Source of the DNA: Amoebophrya sp. A120
Taxonomy: Eukaryota; Protista; Dinoflagellata
Reading direction: 5' to 3'
DNA: 64,000 nt
Assembly (NCBI GenBank): GCA_905178155.1
Contig: CAJINV010000012.1
Coordinates: forward strand, 553,271 to 617,270
A program made the translations under genes and the position numbers. The stretch's first letter is position 1, and every line of letters begins with the position of its first letter. Below the pieces are notes generated by a model, which was given only the letters and a program-made list of their open reading frames with translations, was not told the origin of the DNA and ran no database searches. Below, piece after piece: positions 55,401-64,000 of the stretch.

Positions 55401-57460
55401 TCCACACACAGCCCGAAATCCTTCACTTCTCGGAGATTCAGAAGTGGTGAAATGCTGCCCATCCCCTGATTCAAATGGGTCAATTCGGGGTGATTGTGCC
55501 GGATATTGGGGTTGGAAGATGACGCTCCGGAGGAGGGGGAAAAACGGAGAATCCAGTTAATGATGCCGCTCGCGCCGCCGTCGTCTGTAGGACCTTCGTT
55601 CTGTTCTTGCGCGGTCGGGTTTATTTGTTCTTGCTGCTCAAGAACTTTTTCAACTTCAACCGACGCTGTGGTCCCATCTGCAGCTGCGGTTTGATGTAGA
55701 TGTTCCTTGTTGTGCAACTGGTGATTCTCTTGGAGTTTGACAGCAGAAAATGCTGATGCGGCTCCAGGCGACTCACTTTTTATCCCTCTCCTGCTCCGTC
55801 TCTTTTCGAAGTACCGCTGCCCCCGGAGCTGCGCAGAAGGATCGCATCTTCGACCAATACTAGCAGCCCCTTGATGGAGACCCGCCAGACTTGTAGTTTT
55901 AATATTCCGACTAGTACTACTAGTACAGTGCCCCCTTAAGTTTTCGTAATTTTCGTCTAGAAATTTCTGATCTTCCTCATAGTAGGAGATCCCAACTTCC
56001 GCCACCGCCAACCCGTTGGTCGCAGCGCCATCCGACATGATAGTGAGAGATTTTATCAAGCTGAACGACCCCGGGCTGGAAAATGTGACCACAGTTTCTG
56101 ATGCAGAATTCCGATTTGTTGTAGTTGAAAAGTCCACACTCCTATGAGCCATCCACTTTGCCCGGCCCGTTGCGTCGCGGCCGCGGAGAAGAATTGGAAA
56201 TCGGATGTTAGAGGTGGTGCAGACTGGGAGAAGGGAGTTCTGGTTACTACTTCCATGGTTGTCCAGCATGACAAGTTTCAGGTAATCTAAGGAAAACTCC
56301 ACGGGGAAGGTTAATGTTGCGACGGACCGGACGATTTGCAAGAAGCCGGTGCCGGTTAGTTGAAAACCCGTTTTCCGCAAGGCGGCGGTGATCGGGTGGA
56401 GTGGTGGGGGTTTTGGTATTGATGCTTGTAGTCCGGCTTGTTTCCCTTTTGCAGGTACGAGTTTCGCACTCTGCTTTGCCTTCGTCTGTGTTGCAGCGGA
56501 AGTGCCTGTGCCGTTACTGGCCACGATGAACTTGTCCAAATCAAACGGCAACTTTTCAAGCTGAAAGAAATCCCTGAACACCTGCTGTGTCCCTTTGGGT
56601 AACGGTGACTGTCGATACCAAAAGTTGTCCCTGGCGCTGCGGGCGAACTGCTCCAAATTGCTGTAGCTGGTGGTGGTTTTCGTTTTTGTATTGGAAGTGC
56701 TGTCAGGCTCGTGCGCAAGTGAAGTAGATGTTCTTGAGGGGGCGGACGAGGAAGAAGATTTGGTCGAGGATGTTGATGACCCAGTACTACCACCACGAGG
56801 ACCATCTCGTAGCCTAGACAGACTGTCCTTATCCAGCTCCTTCCCTCGGTGAAGTTGAAGGTTTGAAGAGGAAGCAGCTGCACCAACACTTTCAGCAGTA
56901 ACTACAGACTCGGTTCCATTCCGAAGTCTCTGAAAATCCTTCCAATCCTTTCCCACATCGAAAAAGTGACCTCCGGCTTCCGCCTGGACCAAAAATCCGA
57001 AACTGTACTCCCGTTGGTCACAGAGAATGTTGGAATAGAAGTCGTCGTTTCTTCTATTTCTGATGGGAGGTGATTCGTCATGCTGCTTTGGAAAAGAAGA
57101 TGACCCAGATCTCTGAAACCCGTGTCGGGAATCATGTGAGGGCGTCCTTGGTGTCCTTTCGTGATTGAGATTCTGGCTTGATGACAAGCTACCTGCGTGC
57201 CGACTTCTTTTCCTCGCATCCGCCGACAAACACTGTTTGGTTTGCGAAAAATCCACAAACACATGCTCCGCAAATTCTCGCGCGCCGTGCTGGGCCGTGT
57301 GGGAGAAGGTCAGGGCGGCTTCAGCACCCGTGATTTTCGATGATGAAGTCGTATCGCCTTCGAAATTTTCCACGAGGTTTTGAAGAATGCAGACGGTGCC
57401 GGCTAGCAGCAAATTTGCCGCGGTTCGCCTCCGTCTTCGCCGTTTTCGGGGGCGGCCCAT
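52429..57460 (-). CDS. Large hypothetical, probably secreted or membrane-targeted protein (exons 57460-54025, 53865-53640, 53371-52429)
   Basis: 1244-aa ORF joins downstream ORFs after removing two TIR elements (QVF|NNPY, LKQ|KLKR). Likely start MGRPRKRRRRRRT followed by a hydrophobic stretch. Confidence 0.82.
53377..53639. mobile_element. TIR introner, family A (reverse orientation)
   Basis: TGTCTGGGTCTGGAAG TIRs; perfect TTCTG duplication; interior is reverse-complement to the 9266, 15224 and 62757 copies; frame restored. Confidence 0.92.
53871..54024. mobile_element. TIR introner, family B
   Basis: Ends TATCCTCTGCAAAAGTATCGCACTA ... TAGTACGATACTTTTCCTTTTGCGATGCATA; flanks TCAAA/TGAAA; frame restored. 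Confidence 0.88.
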
Positions 57461-58470
57461 CGAGTTTGCTATACCGCAGCTGACAAGGGGACGCTGTTTA
57501 GCAAGTAGCCTATCATGGAACCACACCGGCTCCGGCACGGGTGGGAAACCAACATGCAAAGAAATTGATATGCAAATTTCCGCAAATGGCAGCGAACTAG
57601 CTACACAACTTGGTGCGTCGACGCAATACGGTCTGGATCGAAGAATTGAAACAATAGTACTCATATGGAACACGAGGTAGCAAGATCTCTTGAAATAAAC
57701 ATGAACAACAGAAGAACCACATAGCACAACACAGATCAGGAGAAGTCGGGGGAAATGATCTCAATGCGCGCGCCGCAGTGCCGGCAATAATCCTCTCGAT
57801 CGTCATCATCTTACGCAAACCGCGATCGCGTCTGCAATGAATGGCAGATGAACTTATCAAAACGAGAAGAGGAACAAAGAGTCCAATGACAGACTCGCAC
57901 TCGACCCCCCCCTCGAAGGAAATATAAGGCAACACAAGCAAGAAGTGGCCACGGTCCACGCTCGTCGACCAATAGAGTTCGTTGTATGTTGGCGAATGAA
58001 CTGAAAAAAGGCAACGCGCCGAACAACCTAAGATGTGTTGCGTTTTCTTCTAAACCAACTCCCGCTCTGCGGGCGCGCAAACACGCACGAAAACCGAACA
58101 CGAGTGACGAGTCTGTCGCACGCCTAGCTACCAAAGCAGACCCGACCCGAGACATAGAAAAACCCCAAACACCAAGGCGGGCGGGGCACTGCAACTTGAT
58201 CATACTATACTTACATCTGCACTGGAATGACAATGAACCCAGAACCAAAAGCAAAAGAGCTGGGTGATTTGTCACAACGCGCCGTCTTTCCAAAGGTTTC
58301 ACTTTGCCCGGCAGCTTGCCCAGGACAGGCGCGCGGGGGCGGGGGGGCGCGCCTGGGTGGCGGCCGCTGCTGCCTGCCAGTTCTTTCACAAAGCGGCGCC
58401 GGCCGGCGCGCTCGCACCACAAGGCGAAGGCGCCCCCGCCCCCCGTGCCCCCCGCCCCCGCGCACCACAA

Positions 58471-58760
58471 GGTTCGCCGTCGTCTTCGCCGTTTTCGGGG
58501 GCGGCCCATCGAGCTTACGGCTCCCTACGGTGACAATCACAGACACAGAGACATCACCTGGTTAAGTGACACAGTTGGAAAACCCGAAAACCCGGAACCG
58601 TGGCAACGAAATCGAAATGCAATCGGCTTTCTTCTGAAAAAAAATAGTAGGCAGCTCCACGGCTCGCTCTGCCAAGGCAATACGGCCTGGGTGAAAGAAA
58701 GAATCGAAACAACAAGAAAGGAAATAGCGCGATCTGTTGAAATGAAGCGCAACGCAACAT
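58471..58760. repeat. Diverged duplicate of the gene-start region 57422-57710
   Basis: CGTCTTCGCCGTTTTCGGGGGCGGCCCATCGAG shared exactly, with further patches GCAATACGG.CTGG, AAGAAT.GAAACAA and GATCT.TTGAAAT. Confidence 0.75.
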
Positions 58761-58979
58761 CAGAAAGGCTTTTGAAAATGATCTCAGTTTCCGCGCTGCA
58801 ATGCGGTATGATCTTATTCTTGCGCCGACAATCGCAGTCGGTTCTGGGAGCGGCAAAACAAAAATCAGAAGAGCGAAATTGCCCCAGACAGGCCTGAGCG
58901 GCGGCCCCAATCAACACGATTATCAATAGAATGAGCAACTGAACTTAAGACACCACGCCAAGCAACGAACCTTACCTAA

Positions 58980-60480
58980 ACGACTTGGCGGCTGTCCCAA
59001 TTGACATGAACACGAGCAAAATGCGAGTCACACACCTGCCATAAAAGGGCCTGCGCGAAACGTGGAGACGTCCCAAGGGTGCGGGCACTGCCACGTCGTC
59101 TGCGTTCTCCAAATTCGCAGCCAGGCTGCAGCGCGCCCTTCGGACGACCTGTTGCAATTTAGCAAACAATTTGAATTTCTGGCCCGAGCGCCACACTCTG
59201 CAATGTGCCCGCTGGCCCGAGGATGGAGCTGCGCCGGCCTCTATGGCCTGTTCATTCTTGAAATTCACGGGGCGACACAGGGGACACACTCTCCCTGACC
59301 ATCGGAGCGCGCCCGAGGGCACGCGGGAAAGCGCCTGCCTCCCAAGATGTCAACGCGCGGCGCCACAGACAGTCAGGGCGACGGACGGAAACCCGGCGGG
59401 CTAGGCGCCACAGCCCCGAAGGAAAATAAGGGGGGCTGGTAGGGAAATTAACGGGCGCCCGGTGGGTGCGGCCGCGCGCCGGCCTTGTGACGCCATGCCG
59501 CCCCGCCACGAGCGAGGGCGGGGTGGGTCCGCCCCCCGGCCCGGCGTGGGGCGATGGGTCGGAGCGGGGGATGGATGGTCGGAAGGCCGAGGCGCGGCCC
59601 CAAAGACCCCCCGCCGGGCCGCTCCGCTTTCATTCCGGGGGGCCTCACCGAACCCCGCCGGCCTTGCTACTGCCGGACAGCTTGCGCACCGCCCCCCCTT
59701 GCGGGCTTCTCGATCATGATGCCGCTGGCCCGCGGCCTGGCCCCGCCCCTGCGATGTTTTTGATTCTTGCCAAAATCGCACGCGCGGTCGCGTTGCCTGT
59801 TGCGGCCAAAGCCAGGCGCCGCCCCCCTCACTTCCTCGCGGCGGTCGCGCGGCCGGAAGGGCCACGGGATGGGCGGGGGGGGCATGGCCAGGCGCGCGGG
59901 CGCACGGACGCAGGCAGCCCATAAGCAGGCGGCCCAGCGAGTCAAGTAGCCAGGTGGATAAGTCAAAGGATCGCCGGCCCACCTTGCAAAGCCGACTGTC
60001 CTCCATACGCCACATGTAACCATCGAACTTTTCCTCCATGCGCCACATGCAACCCGGCCGGCACCAAAACCCGGGCCCTAACCTCCTCACGGTGTCCCGG
60101 GGTGCCGGGCCGCGGCTTTTAATGCCCCACCCCGCGCGCCCGGGCCCGCCGCGCGGCGAAGTTAGACACAACGCCGCTGCGCCGCCGGCGTTCCATGGTT
60201 CCGTCGCTGCCTGGGGCCTGGGCGTTCTGGGGCGCGCGGCGCCTCTGTCTGGCCACGCACTCGATGCGGCAGAGGCCACAAAAGGAAAGGCGCCACGCGC
60301 AGGGGGGTCCCTCCTGCGCAGCGTAGAGGCGGGCGCCCCTGGCGCCAAGCCCCCGCGCCTTCATCTGCTTCACCCTAGCCCGGGCCCATTTTGTCGCCCG
60401 GGCTGTCCTGGGCTGGCAACTCACACACGGAAGCCGGGGCCGTCTGCATGCCGGACAGAAGCCGCGTCCCGGTTGCACTT
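58980..60480. other. Anomalous GC-rich block (similar composition also at ~58300-58470)
   Basis: G/C runs, no credible ORF. Confidence 0.6.
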
Positions 60481-60956
60481 ACCAAGTAGCAGCGCCTTCG
60501 AGAAAAAAGCCTCTGACCTAAAGCAGACAGATGCGAACCGGATGAACACACTTCTCTGATGAAGGAACATTTCCCAGATGCTCAGAGGCCAAATGCATTT
60601 GCCTTCCGCGGTTGAACGCTGTCGCTTTCGTCGTTTCAGCTACTGATCTCGATTGTACAAGAACTCGCACCTATCTGCATTTGAAAACTGCCAATCTTGC
60701 ATTTGATCCATTCTACTAATATTCAACTCTTATTTATTCCTGTTGTTGCTGTGAGTGACCAACATCATACTGACTGTTGCTTTCGAAAAAAGTTCATTGT
60801 GGTTTCATTCAAGAAAGCGCTGATGTGGTCAAGCTTAAAAGTTTATTTAGGACGACAAGACTGTAACTGATTAAAAATTCCTGTAGTTCTCACTCTTGCA
60901 GTGACGATTTTGAAATTCTACATAAGTACTTCAACTTACGACAACTTCGACCGCCG

Positions 60957-63900
60957 TCAAGTTCCCCGCACCACGGGGGTGCAGTTGGAGCTGGTCGCCG
61001 CTTCCGAGGACGAGTACCGCAGCGAGTCCTCGGGCATTTTCTCCCCGTCTATTTCCTTCTGGGCCATCCAGACCGCCGTCTGCCACTCCACCGACTCGCC
61101 GATATTGACCTTAGATAGGAGTTTGATTTGAGGTTGATATGATAGCACAATTTCTTCAAGAAGATGTCCACGCATGTCAAAAAGCCTGTGCGACATCAAA
61201 CGAAAGAAAGACAAGTTTAGAAAGTTGCAATGAAGAACTTCATGAAGACCATCTAATACCACTTTCGCTCCGAAATCACGCGACGCGGGCGGCACGATGA
61301 AAGCAGGACCGTTTCCGCTTGCGCCCCCCGTCCCTCCACCGCCAACGACATTCGCTATCTCTTGGCTGAGCGAATTCGCGTTGGAGCTATTTGTATTGCT
61401 GTTTTGGTGCCCCAGCTGCCGTTCCTGCTCTACGCCACCGGCCAAGGCTCCAAGTGTCGCGTTGTGACTACGAATTCTCGCTCTTGGATTTACACCGTGC
61501 TGTCGGGGGAAATTTGGCGGCTGCGGTTTGATCACTCGGTGTTGGTGTGACGATGCGACAATCTGCTCCCCAGTCTTGCGACAGGTGGTGCGGTGGTGCT
61601 GGTGTTGTGAGGACTTGTGATTGTTGTTGTTCGAGGCTGCACTCGCTGCAGTTCCCACACTATCGGCGTTGAAAGTCAATTTCTGATTCGCGATTTTCAT
61701 GATCTGCTTGTGGTTCGTCGTGGTACGGGCGCTGGAGTAGTTGTGCTGGGAATTATGGCTCTTTGCTGCAGCAGCTTTGTCACGCGACAAGCCGTTGTCT
61801 TTGTCCCGCTCTCCCCGAGCAGTCAGCATCTGCCCCGCTTGTTTTGCTGTGGACGAGGTGGAGTTGTTGCTCATACCATTCTCGCGACTGCTCCAGCCGT
61901 TCGCCTCCTTGATGTGGTTCCCCGAGCAGTTTACGGACCTAGGATTGCCTCCTCCACCGCTATTTGGGCCTGTGCTTGTCCCTCCATTTGTCGTCCCGTT
62001 GTTGTAAATCTCATTCGTACCGGCCAAATTTTGCTGGAACTTGGGGAAATTTACCGCGGCCCGATTAGGATTTCGTGCCGTCCGCGTGGCGCTGCCCGAT
62101 GGCCGGGTGGAAATCGCGAAACTGTGGTTGGACTGGTGAAAGTTTTCCCCGCTGGCGGCCTTTTGACGAGCAGAGGGAATAGCACCAGTCATCGAGTTCT
62201 TGCTGGATGGTGCAGCAGAAGTCGTGAAAGCGATGGTAGACGCCACGACAGGTGCTGGGCGACGCTCTTCCTGCTCGCGGTCTGCACTATGTTCGTGTAT
62301 TCCACCACCAGTCGCGGCAGAAGAAGTTGCAGCACTTTCATCCTTCAGCAAACTCGCCGCAGCCGTGGCGAGAAAAGAGTCGTTTCTGGCTGCCGGCGCG
62401 GTTTTTGTGAACTTCTGTGAGGAAAACAAGTTCTGCTTGTTGAAAATCGCAGGCATCTTGTCCACCACGCCGGGTTCGTCACGGTGATTTGCGGCTGCAT
62501 CAACGCAACTTTCTCCGTCAACAGTAGCCACAAGTTCTTGCGCCCGATCTTGAACCAAGTCGGAGGTCAGGAGAGGAAGAGTCGCTCTTATTCCTCCTGG
62601 AAGATCACCCTGAAGATGAACATGTGCCTGCCTCTCGTTTTGCACCACAGCGCTCGTGGTCGTCCCGCTCGTTTTGCAATCCACCACATTCACACCACTG
62701 CCGTGTTCGATCTCAGGCAACAAGATACCGGAACACACTGGCTCTGCGCCAGTGGGTATCAAATGTAAAAATGTCTGGGTCTGGAAGATTTCGAGATTTG
62801 TCATGCCTATTTGCCATGATCGATGATGTCTGTGATGCATGCCGTAGCATCACAGATTTTTGGAGCGCTTTGTGATACCTCTACCGCATGAGAAATGCCT
62901 TCTCCGCGTAGCACAAACTGGAGTCCTCTTGCTGTTCATGCAATACAAATTTTTTCAGAATCCACAGACAGCATCACAAGTTTACAATGTTCCAGACCCA
63001 GACATTTTTGCATTTGATAGCGGGCTGGCTGTGATCTTCCGCTTGTGAGTATGTTGTTGCGTCTTTTCCTCTATCACCTTGATTTATTTCCGAATCTGTT
63101 TTAGTATTCCCTCCTGGCGGTTGTCCAACAGCAACTCCGTTGCTGGCATTCGAAAACGATTTGTTCAGATTCAGCTTCTATCAAGTGTAAAAATGTCTGG
63201 GTCTGGAAACTTGTGATGCCGGGCGGCGTCTCATGATGAGGCTACAAATGCTGGCTCAGCATGACAAGTTTCTGAGCTCCTAGGTGTTGCCTATTCTGCA
63301 TGACAAACTGCGCTTCTGCATCACAGAAAAGCGCAGCTCTTGGGGAACGTGCATGACAGATTTAAGAGCCATGCCAGACAAGCATGACAAACATGAATTC
63401 TTCCAGACCCAGACATTTTTACAGTTGATAGCTTCGTGTTGGAGCTCGCACGCAAACTCGAGCTGCAACGGTTGAGGAAGCTGCTGAACATCCCTGCTAT
63501 GCGGTTGCTGCTGCGATTCAAAGTCGGCATTGGCGGTTGTTGCTGCTCGGAGGAACTGCCTTCTGCCGATTCTACTTCTTCTTCGCAGCTGCTGTTATCG
63601 GCTCGTTCACAGGCGGCCTGCTTGTTCCCGTTCTCTACCATGAAGTCAGGCGGCGATTCCGGGCTGCTGACAGTCTGGGCATTCATCTCAGGAAAATCCT
63701 GCTGACAGTGCCCCTTGCAGCTCAAATCCGTGTTTTTTTCGTCACAGCTGCTCGACCCGCTTTCTTCGCCTAGTTGGGTCGAACTGGAGCTAGCACCGCT
63801 CATGAACCGCAGGAAAGAAAAAGACGAGCTCATCTTGTGCCGCGGAATCGTCGGGCTCGGGGATCCGGACGTTTGCGGCCGAACTAAAGTGGTGCCCAGA

Positions 63901-64000
63901 ATGTTCTTTAACGGCGTGGGAGTGGTGGTTCCACGGCTGTTGGGCCGGAGAAGCTGGAGGTCTGGTGGTTGGAAGTTGTTGTGTGGGCGGTTGTTAAGGT
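60957..64000 (-). CDS. Large low-complexity hypothetical protein, 5' end beyond the window (exons >64000-63431, 63173-63020, 62751-60957)
   Basis: Frame is open from the window edge and continuous after removing two family-A elements (NTK|LNLNK, SQP|AGAEP). Confidence 0.8.
62757..63019. mobile_element. TIR introner, family A
   Basis: Ends TATCAAATGTAAAAATGTCTGGGTCTGGAA ... TTCCAGACCCAGACATTTTTGCATTTGATA; flanks GTGGG/GCGGG; frame restored. Confidence 0.93.
63179..63430. mobile_element. TIR introner, family A ends with a different interior
   Basis: Ends TATCAAGTGTAAAAATGTCTGGGTCTGGAA ... TTCCAGACCCAGACATTTTTACAGTTGATA; perfect GCTTC duplication; frame restored. Confidence 0.93.

Noticed and set aside
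59401-60348. 315-aa ORF and other ORFs in GC-rich blocks
   Set aside because: Long ORFs are expected by chance at this GC content; Arg/Ala/Pro/Gly-rich with no motifs.
1-64000. Autonomous transposase, reverse transcriptase, rRNA or tRNA genes
   Set aside because: No DDE, RT or recombinase motif recognised in the ORF track and no RNA gene signature seen by eye; a covariance-model search was not possible.

Overview
Eukaryotic, gene-dense genomic DNA with essentially all credible genes on the minus strand. The architecture resembles the parasitic dinoflagellate relative Amoebophrya (Syndiniales); this is an inference from gene and intron structure, not from a marker gene. Recognisable genes are a METTL9/DREV-type methyltransferase (42849-45841) and a PLP-dependent serine/threonine dehydratase (47852-49564). 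There is also an LRR gene, a Lys-rich AT-hook ORF and several large low-complexity, probably secreted proteins. The dominant signal is a system of at least 21 small (113-320 bp) terminal-inverted-repeat elements from about 7 sequence families. All have 5'-TAT...ATA-3' ends, most are flanked by a recognisable 5-bp direct repeat, and they share an internal GCAT(C/G/T)ACA motif. In 15 cases checked by hand, removing the element plus 5 bp restores the host reading frame without GT-AG borders, whichever way the element faces, so they behave as transposon-derived non-canonical introns (introners). The window also has several 1.2-1.6 kb tandem duplications (two copy gene 3' ends), a foreign hairpin-capped insert, two other TIR elements, and three GC-rich blocks that may be assembly artefacts.
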